Source: Escherichia coli (GTDB lineage Bacteria; Pseudomonadota; Gammaproteobacteria; Enterobacterales; Enterobacteriaceae). Taken from it: 64,000 nt of DNA. The DNA lies in NCBI RefSeq assembly GCF_009931435.1, contig NZ_CP043415.1. The stretch is one strand, 5' to 3'. Both the position numbers and the translations under genes were made by a program. Under the pieces are notes generated by a model, which was given only the letters and a program-made list of their open reading frames with translations, was not told the origin of the DNA and ran no database searches. Of this stretch, positions 22,198 through 33,039 are shown one piece after another; the first letter of the stretch is position 1; every line of letters begins with the position of its first letter.

Positions 22198-22940
22198 TTT
22201 CTGCCCTCCTCTGCCGGAATAAATTCCACCTTCAGGAAGCGATCGCCGGGAACGGCGCTCACCCGTGCCGGGACCTGATCAATGCCGAGGCGCTGGCAGA
22301 GCACACCGTTCTGGTCAAAGTAAACACGGCTGTCCAGAGACTTCTGCATCTCCGGGATACTGCCCTGCACGAGGATAATTTTGCTCTCCAGTATGGGCGG
22401 CGTCTGGCGTTTCATCCAGGCCACCTGCGCCGGATCATCGCCATTGATGAAATACAGCGTCTGGTTAAAAGGAACATACTGCAGCGGATTCATCACTTCA
22501 CCCTGACGGGCAAACACCCGCCCTTCGTTATCCCGGATATCCGCAGCCAGTCTGACGGACGGGTCAAACAACCGGCTGCCGTATTTCTCCGTGCGTCCGA
22601 TACCGGGCACGGCAGGGGGCCGCAGACTGTTGCGGATCACCCGCTCCTTAAAGGCATCCATTTTCCGGCCCATCTCACCGGACTGCTCCAGTGCCGTCAG
22701 GCGCTGCATGATCACCGTCAGCATGTCCGGCTCCTTTACCGGCCACAGATCGCCCCAGGTACCAAGATCGGCGGCGGCCACACTCTGCCCCCATATCAGC
22801 AGGGCAATCAGCCCCCGGCATCTCATGGTTCCGCCCTCATTCGCCGGGCAATATCCTGCTGGATTTCCCGGGTGATATCCGGTGCCCCCTGTACCACAGC
22901 AGGCGACACCAGAATGACCGCGTGGTGTTTCTGCTGCCAC
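22194..22940 (-). CDS. traW: TraW pilus assembly protein; true start probably internal (overlaps trbI)
   Basis: Position between trbI and traU; track ORF 248 aa. Confidence 0.88.
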   Translation of the reverse strand: MAAETPRGHSGVACCGTGGTGYHPGNPAGYCPANEGGTMRCRGLIALLIWGQSVAAADLGTWGDLWPVKEPDMLTVIMQRLTALEQSGEMGRKMDAFKERVIRNSLRPPAVPGIGRTEKYGSRLFDPSVRLAADIRDNEGRVFARQGEVMNPLQYVPFNQTLYFINGDDPAQVAWMKRQTPPILESKIILVQGSIPEMQKSLDSRVYFDQNGVLCQRLGIDQVPARVSAVPGDRFLKVEFIPAEEGRK

Positions 22941-23209
22941 GCCTGCAGGCTGGCTTCCAGTGCCGTGTTAAAACGCGCTGAAAGGGCTTTTGACTGCGCT
23001 TCTGACAGTTGTTTCTGACTGGCGCTGTCAAAAAACGCATCCACGGTCTGTTTCATGTTGAAGGCGACAGTCACCGGTGCGTTCAGTCTGACAATGCCGT
23101 AACTGACGGCTGCGTTCAGTAACACCATTGCCAGGCATCCCGGCACCGTCCACCACCAGTGGCTGCGTCGTTCTGCCGTGACGTCGGCGGGTTTCTGCGT
23201 TGAACTCAT
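22823..23209 (-). CDS. trbI: TrbI
   Basis: 128 aa with one TM segment, directly after traC. Confidence 0.75.
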   Translation of the reverse strand: MSSTQKPADVTAERRSHWWWTVPGCLAMVLLNAAVSYGIVRLNAPVTVAFNMKQTVDAFFDSASQKQLSEAQSKALSARFNTALEASLQAWQQKHHAVILVSPAVVQGAPDITREIQQDIARRMRAEP

Positions 23210-25833
23210 GCCACACTCCTGTATTTCTCATGTTCTTCCAGCCAGGCTTCCAGCGAAGCCATTTCCGGCCCTGACTTCTTCCACGCCAGCTGCCACACTG
23301 CCTCATGAATACTCAGCCCCTCTTTACGCTTCTGCTGCACAAACTCAAAATCCGGGCCGTCAGAGCTGTACATGGCGCGGCTTAACGGGTCCACAAACAG
23401 ACGGTGCCAGGAGGAATGGTTTTCCACCTGCAGCAGGAAGGAACTGAACCACTGGTCTTTGGCCGCACCAAACTTACCAATCATGTCGCGCTGCAGTGGC
23501 AGGAACTGGTCCGGATACAGTTGGTTGTATTTCGCGAACTCCTTCGCACTCTGTTTGAGGATAATTTTGTAGGAGGAGTTACCCCATGCCGCGCGGGCAG
23601 CACTGGAGGCCTTATCAGAGTCAAAGTCGACGATGTTCTGTGTGATGGTGATATAGGCACCGGTATGACGGCGGGCCGTACGGTAGCCCTTCTCAATAAA
23701 TTCACCGACCTTGTGATTTTTGAAGTCCAGCAGACGCCAGCCTTCATCAATAACGTTCAGTTTCTTGAGGTTACGCGGCGTGCGGTACATCCTGTTCTCG
23801 ATGTAGATAATCAGGGAGAACATCACCGCAACCAGCAGTGACGGACGGTCTTCCAGTCCGCCCAGCTCCAGCACCACCATTTTTGCGTCATCCCGCAGGG
23901 ACGGCTCATCAGAGTTAAAATACTGGCCGTAAGTGCCGTTGGCAGTGTACTGGTCAAGCAGCACAATCATTTCGTCCAGACGGCTGCGGATAGTCGGTGA
24001 CTCGGCATACTGCTCGCTGTCACTGGCGTTTTTCAGGAAATCCACCACGTCATCAATACGTGCTCTGTTCTCTTTGGCCAGCCAGGAGGCTCTGACCGCC
24101 TGCAACAGCAGACCTTCATGCACTTCATCCAGGTTACCGTTGGGGCTGGCCATCACTGACAACTGGTCACGGACACGCTCCGCTGACTGGTCAATATCGG
24201 TGATGTTCGCAAACGGGTTAAAACGCAGGGTTTCACCGTCCAGATACACCCCGCCCATGTTCTCACACAGGGACTTGTATCCATCCCCCATGTCGAACAC
24301 CACGGCAAAGCCTCCGGAGTCCAGCACGCTGCGGATAAGTGGCTGTATCAGCCCGGTTTTACCGGCCCCGGAGGTGCCACAGACCGCCATGTTGTAGTTG
24401 GTGTTATTCATCCCCCGGAAGAAAATATCGATAAACGCCAGCTGGTTACGGTAGGTGGGTGCCAGCAGACCTGCCGGTGTCAGGGGGTTATCCGCCACTA
24501 ACGGCATCAGGTTGGCAACATTAAAGCTCTCTGCGCGCTGAACCACTCCGGCCTCTTTCAGCTGTTTAAACAGCCCTTTCCCGGCCATAAAGGGCAGGCA
24601 GGTCAGGAAATTGCGCATGTGGTTAAAGCGCGGTGAAATCAGCTCAAAACCGTTTTTACGAAAGCTGTTCAGGATGTCCTGCTCCACTTCCAGTGCCGTT
24701 TCATTATTGTCCTTGCAGAAGGCTGTGATGTTGAGGAAGTAGGACACGACAGAGGACTGACCGGAGCCCAGCCGCTGACGCAGTTCCCCCCACTCCTTCG
24801 CCTCTTTCTCCACGGACGGAAACCATTTGGCATAGGAGGTCTTCGACTTTTTCTCCAGGTCCATGTACTTCAGGTTGGCTTCGCTGTGGGTTTTCACCTG
24901 GTCTTCCACCACCAGAGTCAGCGTCAGGATGAACGGACAGGAGATGGACAGTTCCGGGTTCAGCAGGTTGCTGTAGTTGTCGGCCATGTTCCACAGGAAG
25001 GCGATTTCCGGGTTACGGGCCAGATGGAAATTCAGGATGCGGGCCGTGCTGTTCCTGCCGTTCTCACGCAGGCCCAGCGTCAGGTAATCAGCCCGGACTT
25101 TCAGATCAAAACTGTCCTCCACACACTGATAATTCAGATCAGAATACGGGTCCAGCTGACGTCTTTTCGGGTACAGGGAATCCGGGTTATGGTTAATCAT
25201 CTCCCCGACAATATCGATAAAGGCCTGTGCATCCACCGTCTGTGTGGTGATACTGGCCCCCTGTAACGACGCCCGGATGATTTTCACCAGGTTTTCCATT
25301 TCCAGAATGTCGGCCCGGCTTTTTTTCTTCGAGGGAGAACAGTACGAGATAAACACCCGGTAATGGCGCAGGGTCAGGGGCAGATTCATTCCCTCCGGCA
25401 GCGGAAACTGTGTCGCTGCCGCTTTCATATAATAGGCCCGGGTAATGGCGTTAAACCGTTCAGCCTGTTCACCTGACCAGGAGAACTCACGCAGCCCGTA
25501 TTCAATCCTGTCACCAACCAGCTGACTGGACATCAGATGGATACACAACGGAATACCGCGCGGCAGTTTGGTGCGCAGCATGTGATCGAGGGCCTCCACA
25601 ATGGACTCATTCGCCCCATTGATGGGGATGGCTTCCAGCATAAAGCCCATCGTGGTGTCATTCATGAACAGACCGGATTCCTGGTTGTAATCACGGTACG
25701 GCAGCAGACGGCTGAACTGCGGGAAGCTCATTTCGCCCAGAACTTCATTGGCCTTTGCGGATTCGTCAGGCAGTTTCAGTGCTGTGACGAGGGAGTTAAC
25801 CGCCTGAGTGACGGCCTCAAGTGGGTTATTCAC
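23206..25833 (-). CDS. traC: TraC (VirB4-type ATPase)
   Basis: 875 aa; Walker A GTSGAGKT; synteny. Confidence 0.97.
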   Translation of the reverse strand: MNNPLEAVTQAVNSLVTALKLPDESAKANEVLGEMSFPQFSRLLPYRDYNQESGLFMNDTTMGFMLEAIPINGANESIVEALDHMLRTKLPRGIPLCIHLMSSQLVGDRIEYGLREFSWSGEQAERFNAITRAYYMKAAATQFPLPEGMNLPLTLRHYRVFISYCSPSKKKSRADILEMENLVKIIRASLQGASITTQTVDAQAFIDIVGEMINHNPDSLYPKRRQLDPYSDLNYQCVEDSFDLKVRADYLTLGLRENGRNSTARILNFHLARNPEIAFLWNMADNYSNLLNPELSISCPFILTLTLVVEDQVKTHSEANLKYMDLEKKSKTSYAKWFPSVEKEAKEWGELRQRLGSGQSSVVSYFLNITAFCKDNNETALEVEQDILNSFRKNGFELISPRFNHMRNFLTCLPFMAGKGLFKQLKEAGVVQRAESFNVANLMPLVADNPLTPAGLLAPTYRNQLAFIDIFFRGMNNTNYNMAVCGTSGAGKTGLIQPLIRSVLDSGGFAVVFDMGDGYKSLCENMGGVYLDGETLRFNPFANITDIDQSAERVRDQLSVMASPNGNLDEVHEGLLLQAVRASWLAKENRARIDDVVDFLKNASDSEQYAESPTIRSRLDEMIVLLDQYTANGTYGQYFNSDEPSLRDDAKMVVLELGGLEDRPSLLVAVMFSLIIYIENRMYRTPRNLKKLNVIDEGWRLLDFKNHKVGEFIEKGYRTARRHTGAYITITQNIVDFDSDKASSAARAAWGNSSYKIILKQSAKEFAKYNQLYPDQFLPLQRDMIGKFGAAKDQWFSSFLLQVENHSSWHRLFVDPLSRAMYSSDGPDFEFVQQKRKEGLSIHEAVWQLAWKKSGPEMASLEAWLEEHEKYRSVA

Positions 25834-25992
25834 ATGAATTCCTTAGTTGAAAAATAAAGCGAGAAATGCGGTAGCCATGAAGGGAATACCTGTAATTAAC
25901 GCGCCATTTCCCGGCGCATATACAAAGATTTCTGTTTTCTGAATATCCACTCATGTTCATCCGGAATTAAATCACTATGTTCTGCGACTGAC

Positions 25993-26214
25993 TTATGCAT
26001 AATGTTTTCTCTGTCTTTCCTGATACGCCTGACATTCAACGCACAACGTCACACCGGGAAATATTTTCCGCCGGGCTTCCGGAATAGGATTTCCGCATGC
26101 TTCACAGAGATAAACAGGAATACCATGAGCATTTATTTTCTGGCGTATCCGGTTTATTCCTGTCATGGTCAGTTGTTCTGTCACTGAATATGCTTCATCG
26201 GCTTCATCACTCAC
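25993..26214 (-). CDS. traR: TraR (DksA/TraR-family C4 zinc finger)
   Basis: 73 aa; CEACGNPIPEARRKIFPGVTLCVEC four-Cys motif. Confidence 0.85.
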   Translation of the reverse strand: MSDEADEAYSVTEQLTMTGINRIRQKINAHGIPVYLCEACGNPIPEARRKIFPGVTLCVECQAYQERQRKHYA

Positions 26215-26348
26215 GGAATATTCCTCCCGACATGTTCTGACACGCTACCGCCCATCCCTTTTCACGCACAGGGCACTCGTTTTACAGGCAGATTTTGAAT
26301 ACAGAAAGCCCGCCGGCATTGCCGGCTGATATACAACTTCAGGGCCAG

Positions 26349-26864
26349 TTAATTAATACGTGGTTTTCCCCACGCAGACGGTTTAATAACAAAAAACACG
26401 CTGGATGGCTGATGATAAACATCCTGGTTATCAATATAAGGCGCTATCCATAATGCTGCCGTCTGCTCACCCGTTCTTAGCGGACGAGGAGGTGTTACCG
26501 GCGTAACTGAACTGACCGGAACAACCGTTTTCACTTCCCGGGCAGCGGTAAACAGCGGGCGAGGTGCCAGCAGTTTCTGCTCCGGATGTGCTGTCACCGC
26601 AGGTCTGCTGCCGGACGGAGTGGTCGCGGTGACGGTCTGCACCGGCATTGTCCGGAAGTTCCCTTCAGCCAGGCGCGGCAGTGATGCCGCAACCGGCTTT
26701 GCTTCTGAGGACTGCTCCAGTTTTTTGGCCTTCTCATTGGCCTGCTCCATCGTCATACAGGTATCGGATGTGGTGGCGTTACACTCAAATTCCGTACTGG
26801 TTCCGGCACAGCCGGAAAGTAATAAGGTCCCCAGCAGAGGAATAAAGAAAGAAATCTGTTTCAT
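26349..26864 (-). CDS. traV: TraV outer-membrane lipoprotein
   Basis: 171 aa; lipobox LLSGC. Confidence 0.9.
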   Translation of the reverse strand: MKQISFFIPLLGTLLLSGCAGTSTEFECNATTSDTCMTMEQANEKAKKLEQSSEAKPVAASLPRLAEGNFRTMPVQTVTATTPSGSRPAVTAHPEQKLLAPRPLFTAAREVKTVVPVSSVTPVTPPRPLRTGEQTAALWIAPYIDNQDVYHQPSSVFFVIKPSAWGKPRIN

Positions 26865-27112
26865 TGTCCCTCACCTTTCTCATCGCAGTTCACAAAATCC
26901 TTCTTCAAATCCCTGACCGTACAGGTTTTTACAATGTCAGGATTTTCAAAAACCGTACTCCGTGATGATTTATAAACATATGCCACAATGCGTTTCCCAC
27001 CCGCATCAGGTTCTGGTGCACTGACTTCACATAACGGAGGTGTTATTCCGGACTCATACAGCACCGGATAATTTATTTTTTTGACGCTGCCATCAGAAAC
27101 CAGCTTATTCAT
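26861..27112 (-). CDS. trbG: TrbG
   Basis: 83 aa ORF between trbD and traV; position only. Confidence 0.55.
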   Translation of the reverse strand: MNKLVSDGSVKKINYPVLYESGITPPLCEVSAPEPDAGGKRIVAYVYKSSRSTVFENPDIVKTCTVRDLKKDFVNCDEKGEGQ

Positions 27113-27458
27113 CGAAGGGCTCCTTATATTTCTGAATAATTCTGTCGATTAGTTCTTTCACCGGAACAGATTTTCCGCCACCGGATTGTCCGGCAACCAC
27201 AATATGCCCCGGAGAAGAAAATAAACTCATCGACATACCCTTCTTCATCACACCGACAGCAGCCATATTAAAATTGTCCGGCAATGACTCAGAACCGAAT
27301 TTCTCCGGTGCAGGAAGTACGATTCTTGTGGCGCAGTTACTGAGAACAGCATGCATAAAATCATCTGACACGGTTTTACCCGGCACAGAGAGGGCTGTAA
27401 TAACATTAATATTACGCATGTTCATTTTTATCTCCGTTGTTTCTGTTTGTTCTGTCAT
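27105..27458 (-). CDS. trbD: TrbD (true start probably internal; F TrbD is about 65 aa)
   Basis: Position between traP and trbG. Confidence 0.5.
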   Translation of the reverse strand: MTEQTETTEIKMNMRNINVITALSVPGKTVSDDFMHAVLSNCATRIVLPAPEKFGSESLPDNFNMAAVGVMKKGMSMSLFSSPGHIVVAGQSGGGKSVPVKELIDRIIQKYKEPFDE

Positions 27459-28002
27459 CAGGAAGATAAACAGGGCATTTCCTGATTTTTCCCGGCAGGG
27501 AAGCGTCTTCCGTATAAACTTCCTTCAGATGTTCATCTGCGGTTACCACCCGGATACATTTCATTTTTCCGGGTCGCACCGGATATTTCCCGGTGATCGC
27601 TGCCAGCGAGACATACATCAGTGCCAGTGTTGCCCATAATGCGGTGACCAGTTGCATCAGTGACCGGTCAGTCTCCCTGACATAATCTGCAGCATCAGCC
27701 GCGCGGTAATGGCAGATATCCTGTATTTCTGATCTGCCTGAAGAATCAGAGGAAGAAAACCAGCATTCACTGACCGGGAACTGTCCGGCAGGTGCTGTTT
27801 GTCTTACGAAGTTAATCTCCTTAACCAGTAATTTCCCCGGCGTGGTGTTGTCCTTCCATAAAACAAACAGAGCCATCAGGGCCATTGTGGCCAGTGGCAG
27901 AATGACGGTGTACTTCAGACACCAGAACAGTCCTCGCAGAACCCGGGCGACAACATACCGGGCGGCATGGCACGCCTGACGGGACGACATATTATTTGCC
28001 AT
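27412..28002 (-). CDS. traP: TraP
   Basis: 196 aa membrane ORF after traB, same length as F TraP. Confidence 0.7.
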   Translation of the reverse strand: MANNMSSRQACHAARYVVARVLRGLFWCLKYTVILPLATMALMALFVLWKDNTTPGKLLVKEINFVRQTAPAGQFPVSECWFSSSDSSGRSEIQDICHYRAADAADYVRETDRSLMQLVTALWATLALMYVSLAAITGKYPVRPGKMKCIRVVTADEHLKEVYTEDASLPGKIRKCPVYLPDDRTNRNNGDKNEHA

Positions 28003-29419
28003 CGTTGCCCCCTCCCTGGCTGCCGGACATAAACTGCTGCGGATTCAGGTTGCCCAGCTGCTTCAGCATCTGGTCAGTATTAAAGCCGTTAAGATGACTT
28101 TCAGCCGATGGCGGAACAGGAACCGGACTTTCCGGATTGTCTTCTTCCGCTCTGCTCTGCGTGCGTTCCAGCGCCATCTCTTCCACGGTTTTCAGCTGGA
28201 AGCCGTCCTGGAACACCACGGTCACTTCGTTGCCCGCACCAATCGGTATCACCGGGTGATACTGTTCGGCACGTTTGATGTAGTAGTCACTGAGCGTCTG
28301 TGCGGCTTTCGATGCGCCGCCACCGATACCCATTTTCAGGACATCACCAGCCCCGTAAGCGGCTGTGGCACCCAGCCCGACAGCCGGCTGGGAGGCGCGC
28401 TCCATTCCCTGACCGATACCGTCAACAAATCCCGCGCCCCATGCCCAGCCGAGGATTTTGCCGTTACGCATCACCACTTCGCCCTTGATACCGTTTTTAC
28501 CCCGGAAGCTGACATGCCCCTTAATCGGCATATCAATAGTTTTGCCGTCCTTCAGGCAACTGATATTGCGGGTGCGTACAATGGCACGCTCACTGGACAC
28601 ATCCCCCCAGGCTTCCAGACCCACAAAACATCCCGTTGCGTCATACGTCTTGCTGTTCGGCATTTCCACCAGGCCGGTGATACGCAGCTGCATCGGCACC
28701 GTGGATTCATTACCGGTGACAGAGGCATTGGCATCCGCCCCTTCAATCAGCATGGCTTTCGCAAAACTTCCTGACGGAATGTACGGCAGTGATGGTCCCT
28801 GTTTTCCCTCATTACGGGTAAACACCTTACGCTGTATCCGGTTAGGCACCGGCACAGACTGGTACGTCACCTGTGGTGGTGGCGTGACACCATTCCCGGG
28901 ATAAAACGCCGTCGGCGGTGGAACAGCAACGCTGCCCTGCGGCGGGAAGGATACGGGGGTGTTTCCTGGCTGTGGTTCGCCTTCCGGGCCGGGCGGTGAG
29001 GCAGGCATCTGCGGTACAGGCTCACCGGTCGCCGTGACGGGATTAGCACCCAGGGCTTTTACCTGCTCTGCCAGGGCGGCATTGTCCTGTCCCAACTTTT
29101 CAATACGACGCTGGTCATCACCGCGCTGTTTGTTCAGAACATCCAGCTCACGACGGATTTCCTCATACTGCTTCTGCATCTGCGCTGCCGTCACCTGCAT
29201 CTCGGTGGTGGCATGCTGACGCACCTTGTCATCAAAGGTCGTATCCACCACACCGGTCATATCCGGCACAGGCTCCTGTTCAGCCACGGTTTCACCGTTA
29301 CCGGACATGTCCACATCAGACAGATACAGTGCCCCACCAATCGCGGAGGCTGTACCGACAACCACAATCCCCAGCCACAGGTACTGCTTGCGTTTCACAA
29401 TGGTATTGATACTGGCCAT
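27992..29419 (-). CDS. traB: TraB (VirB10-like)
   Basis: 475 aa; Pro-rich linker; synteny. Confidence 0.93.
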   Translation of the reverse strand: MASINTIVKRKQYLWLGIVVVGTASAIGGALYLSDVDMSGNGETVAEQEPVPDMTGVVDTTFDDKVRQHATTEMQVTAAQMQKQYEEIRRELDVLNKQRGDDQRRIEKLGQDNAALAEQVKALGANPVTATGEPVPQMPASPPGPEGEPQPGNTPVSFPPQGSVAVPPPTAFYPGNGVTPPPQVTYQSVPVPNRIQRKVFTRNEGKQGPSLPYIPSGSFAKAMLIEGADANASVTGNESTVPMQLRITGLVEMPNSKTYDATGCFVGLEAWGDVSSERAIVRTRNISCLKDGKTIDMPIKGHVSFRGKNGIKGEVVMRNGKILGWAWGAGFVDGIGQGMERASQPAVGLGATAAYGAGDVLKMGIGGGASKAAQTLSDYYIKRAEQYHPVIPIGAGNEVTVVFQDGFQLKTVEEMALERTQSRAEEDNPESPVPVPPSAESHLNGFNTDQMLKQLGNLNPQQFMSGSQGGGNDGK

Positions 29420-30147
29420 CAGTTGCCCTCCCCGTCACGGATGACATACACATCCATGCGCGCACCTGCCAGTAACTGGCTGGCAGGCTGGCTGAACATC
29501 ACGGCACGGGTTCCCGGCTGCCAGAAGTCACTTTCCCGGATATTCAGGGCAGACAGCGTTTTATTTTCCACGGCAAAGCGGACCATCTTCAGGTGATTCC
29601 CCGTCCATACGGCATCTGCCACTGAAGACAGCCCCGCCGGGGCCTGCAGGGTTTCCTTTGTCACTGGGACCTGATACCAGCCTGCGGGTAATTTTCCGCC
29701 ACGGACGGCCTGGCTGATGGTCACAAGCAGGGATTCGTAAGGCGTGGACGTTTCCCACGCACCGGCTTCTTCTCCGGTTCCGCGCAGGTCACTGACCAGC
29801 TGAATGGTACGCCCCGCGCCTTCACGGGGAACGGCCTGAATGGAAAGATTCAGACCACGTTCTGTTTCCAGAATGAACGTAAAGGGCTTTTTGTTGACGG
29901 TGGCAACCACCACACCGCCGGAGGCGGTCTGCTCATTATTGGTCAGGGCACCATCCAGACTGTTCACGGCGATAATCCGGTCACCGGGAACGGTAAACAG
30001 ATTCGGGCTGGTATTGCTGATGGCAATACTGGCCTGACCACCGTTCACCATTGGCACCACGGTGGGGGCCAGCGTACCGTTTGCGGCCATCACGCTGCAG
30101 GAAAAAAACAGGCTGCCGAATATTATTGCCGTATTATTTTTTCTCAT
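29419..30147 (-). CDS. traK: TraK (VirB9/secretin-like)
   Basis: 242 aa with signal peptide; synteny. Confidence 0.9.
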   Translation of the reverse strand: MRKNNTAIIFGSLFFSCSVMAANGTLAPTVVPMVNGGQASIAISNTSPNLFTVPGDRIIAVNSLDGALTNNEQTASGGVVVATVNKKPFTFILETERGLNLSIQAVPREGAGRTIQLVSDLRGTGEEAGAWETSTPYESLLVTISQAVRGGKLPAGWYQVPVTKETLQAPAGLSSVADAVWTGNHLKMVRFAVENKTLSALNIRESDFWQPGTRAVMFSQPASQLLAGARMDVYVIRDGEGN

Positions 30148-30700
30148 CGTCTGTTTCCCCGAAATTATCCAGCCAGGTCACCCCGTTTTCCCGCTTCAGA
30201 ATAAGGATGTAATGTTTGATATCAGTGAAAGGTTTTGAATCACCAATCCAGGTTTTAAGCACACCTCGAATTTCCACACGGCCATACTGAGGCCAGACAC
30301 GAACACTGGTCTGGAAAAAGGCTGAGTTCACGTTATCGTTTTTAATACGCTTCGCTTCTTCAGCCAGAATAACTTTCATCTGGTTCTGTGCGCCCGGGCG
30401 GATATATTGCAGAAGCGCCTGATGTGAGGCATCGGCGGTTTCTGATGAAACATTCAGACGGAGGGCAATAAATGACAGCGCCATCTGCTGTAAATAAGAG
30501 GCGTCGGCACTGTTCTGTGACACGGCAAAGGGGGCATTAAATGCCATTGGCGTCACGGCAGTGCGTTGCTCATTCTGAAGACGGTAGTTATTCACCCCCT
30601 GAATGACGTTAACAGAGAGGCTGAGAACAATAAGCACTGACATAAATATAAAGGCGATGGCCATTACACGACTGGTACTTAAACGGGCACCGTGTTCCAT
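30134..30700 (-). CDS. traE: TraE
   Basis: 188 aa with N-terminal TM; synteny. Confidence 0.9.
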   Translation of the reverse strand: MEHGARLSTSRVMAIAFIFMSVLIVLSLSVNVIQGVNNYRLQNEQRTAVTPMAFNAPFAVSQNSADASYLQQMALSFIALRLNVSSETADASHQALLQYIRPGAQNQMKVILAEEAKRIKNDNVNSAFFQTSVRVWPQYGRVEIRGVLKTWIGDSKPFTDIKHYILILKRENGVTWLDNFGETDDEKK

Positions 30701-30721
30701 ATAACAATCCTGGTATCAGTT

Positions 30722-31033
30722 CTATTTAATCCACTGCCGGAAACACGAATCGGGAACATTATGAAAAATACCGCGCAGCAGGGCTGTTGGCATATACCAG
30801 TAAATCAGGTCACGTAACCAGGAACTGCCCCGCCCTTTTTTCAGTTTTTTAATCCCGAAATAAACCAGAACCGCTGCACCAATACCGAACAGATATTTCG
30901 ATGTTGTGATACCCCAGCCAATACAGATTGCTGCGGGGATCAGTTCATCCAGTGGCAGGCCAAACCAGCGGCTCTGGTTGGTCAGTGTTTCCGGGAAACG
31001 ATATTTCTTAAGTTTATTCTCGTCTCCCGACAT
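30722..31033 (-). CDS. traL: TraL
   Basis: Small membrane ORF after traA. Confidence 0.85.
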
Positions 31034-31047
31034 CGTTTTATTTCCTG

Positions 31048-31413
31048 TCAGAGGCCAACGACGGCCATACCCACAGCAATAAATACAGAGATGATGGCAA
31101 AACCGGCCAGGAACTTGACGTTTTTGGTCATCATGTACATGACCGCACCGACCAGAACTTCAGCCAGAACAACCCATTTAACAACACTGGAGTCCTTACC
31201 GAAGGTCGCCTTAACCGTGGTGTTACCACTTGCCATCAGGTCCTGACCACTGCTGCCGGCGGCCATCGCCAGCTGCGGGAAGAACATCATCAGAACAGCA
31301 GCCGGGATCACAGCGCGAGCCAGGCGAAGCATATTCAGACGAGTGAATTTAGAAAAAAACGACTTCTTTTTGACGGGCGCAGAAACACCCTGAACACTTA
31401 AAACGGCGTCCAT
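31048..31413 (-). CDS. traA: TraA propilin (F-type pilin)
   Basis: 121 aa; long leader then mature pilin ...[70 protein letters not shown]. Confidence 0.95.
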
Positions 31414-31455
31414 ATGATTCCTCTGTTTAATATTGATAGTGAAAAATAAAACTCT

Positions 31456-31671
31456 TTATATATCGTCTATGCTTTCAGCTTCCTCCTTTACTAAAGATGC
31501 ATTATAAAAGTCTGGAAAACGATTGAGATGATCTTTTAGTCTAATGAACACCTCATTAGTTTTTGTTCTTCCGCTACGATCTCTAGCTGCTAAAAGTTTC
31601 TGATTGGTTGTCTCATCCAGTATTAATAAGACTTTGTTACCCGGTGCGGCTCTGGTTCTCCCTCTGCTCAC
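31456..31671 (-). CDS. traY: TraY (short R100-like form, RHH), GTG start
   Basis: 71 aa basic ORF between traJ and traA; GTG start preceded by GGAGGA. Confidence 0.7.
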   Translation of the reverse strand: MSRGRTRAAPGNKVLLILDETTNQKLLAARDRSGRTKTNEVFIRLKDHLNRFPDFYNASLVKEEAESIDDI

Positions 31672-31806
31672 GTTTCCTCCGCATAATTACTTGAGATAAT
31701 AAAATATAATCATATAAATCATCTTTAATGAAAACAAAAATAGAGTAAATTATATTAACAAAAACGGGAACCAATGGTTCCCGCAAAGTAACAATAAGTT
31801 AACAGC

Positions 31807-32454
31807 CTATCTTCCCAATATTTCTTTTACTTTAGCATATAAAGGAAGTATCTTTTCCGTTCTAATCATTTCATCCAACCAGAGATCTCTAGAACTAAAT
31901 CCATGTCGTTTAAATAATTTCATGGTTTTCTTCTTTGATTTAGACACAGTGATGTTCATCTTTGCTGATGAATAATGATGGCTAAACCCTATCAGATATG
32001 GCTCAATGCCTACATATTCATCAGATAGTACAATTAATTCATTGGTGTATTTAGACACAACAAACGATGACAGATTATCATTTGCTACCCAAATAAATCT
32101 CCAGATAAAGAAATAGCCGCATGGTGTGATAACACTTTCTATGATCACACTCCATAACATATTATTAAGTAATATGTCATTATTACAATTTACACCATAA
32201 ACTGAAGAGCATGATTCAATCTCTGCTCTGGATAACTGTAATTTACATTCCAACGTTAAACTATCAAACCATTCATCACATGAATTAAATGACGATCTGA
32301 TAAGTTTTTCAAAGCGGTTATTTTCCTGAATAAAAGAACCATCCTCGAAGCGGACACATACTGGATATTTTAAAAACGAAATAGCCTCTCCAAGACTATG
32401 AGGGAAATGCAATTGACTGATGAGTGCTCTTTCTCTACGATCCATCGCACACAT
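31807..32454 (-). CDS. traJ: TraJ transfer activator (non-F allele); track ORF extends to 32532 but ATG at 32454 with RBS at 32461-32466 is the likely start
   Basis: Position between traM and traY; start lies under the finP stem-loop I complement. Confidence 0.7.
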   Translation of the reverse strand: MCAMDRRERALISQLHFPHSLGEAISFLKYPVCVRFEDGSFIQENNRFEKLIRSSFNSCDEWFDSLTLECKLQLSRAEIESCSSVYGVNCNNDILLNNMLWSVIIESVITPCGYFFIWRFIWVANDNLSSFVVSKYTNELIVLSDEYVGIEPYLIGFSHHYSSAKMNITVSKSKKKTMKLFKRHGFSSRDLWLDEMIRTEKILPLYAKVKEILGR

Positions 32455-32524
32455 AGGAACCTCCTCTAAGGATTCTATGGACAGTCGATGCAGGGAGTGG
32501 CTGCTCCCTGCATCGGCGATTTTC
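32448..32524 (+). ncRNA. finP: FinP antisense RNA (candidate)
   Basis: Two stem-loops antisense to the traJ RBS/start: CATAGGAA...TTCTATG, then CGATGCAGGGAG-TGGCTG-CTCCCTGCATCG followed by GCGATTTT. Confidence 0.45.
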
Positions 32525-32644
32525 AGTTTCAATTTTTAACGTGGCATTAACCACATAATCAATATACTAATTATTCTGATTATTGTCATCAGTTTGAACC
32601 ATAAAAAACCATGATATTTGAACAAAGTCAAAATTTATTTCACT

Positions 32645-33028
32645 TTATTCATCATCATTTTTTGGAAAGAACCTTTCCATCTCAACCGACACCTTCTCTC
32701 TGATATCTTCAACCATATTGGCATATTCAAACTTCGGTTTTCCGGAAACATGAGGGCTAAGAGACTCAATACCTAAAATCTTTGCCACCGTTGACTGCGT
32801 TTTTACAACACACTCAAGAAGAAGTTTATTAAACTCTGCCTGATTAAACGCTGATTCTTTTCGTTCCATCTGCGCTTCATAAACTCGCAATCCTAACTCA
32901 AGCAACATAGAGGCAATACTTGAATAACTAACATCTTTCTCTTTTGCTCCCTCTGCTCGCCTTTGCACAGCAATAGCATTTATTTTTTCAGACACATGGT
33001 CATTAACATAAACCTGAATTTTGGCCAT
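32645..33028 (-). CDS. traM: TraM relaxosome accessory protein
   Basis: 127 aa MAKIQVYVNDHVSEKINAIAVQRR...; adjacent to oriT. Confidence 0.93.
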   Translation of the reverse strand: MAKIQVYVNDHVSEKINAIAVQRRAEGAKEKDVSYSSIASMLLELGLRVYEAQMERKESAFNQAEFNKLLLECVVKTQSTVAKILGIESLSPHVSGKPKFEYANMVEDIREKVSVEMERFFPKNDDE

Positions 33029-33039
33029 AACACACCTTA

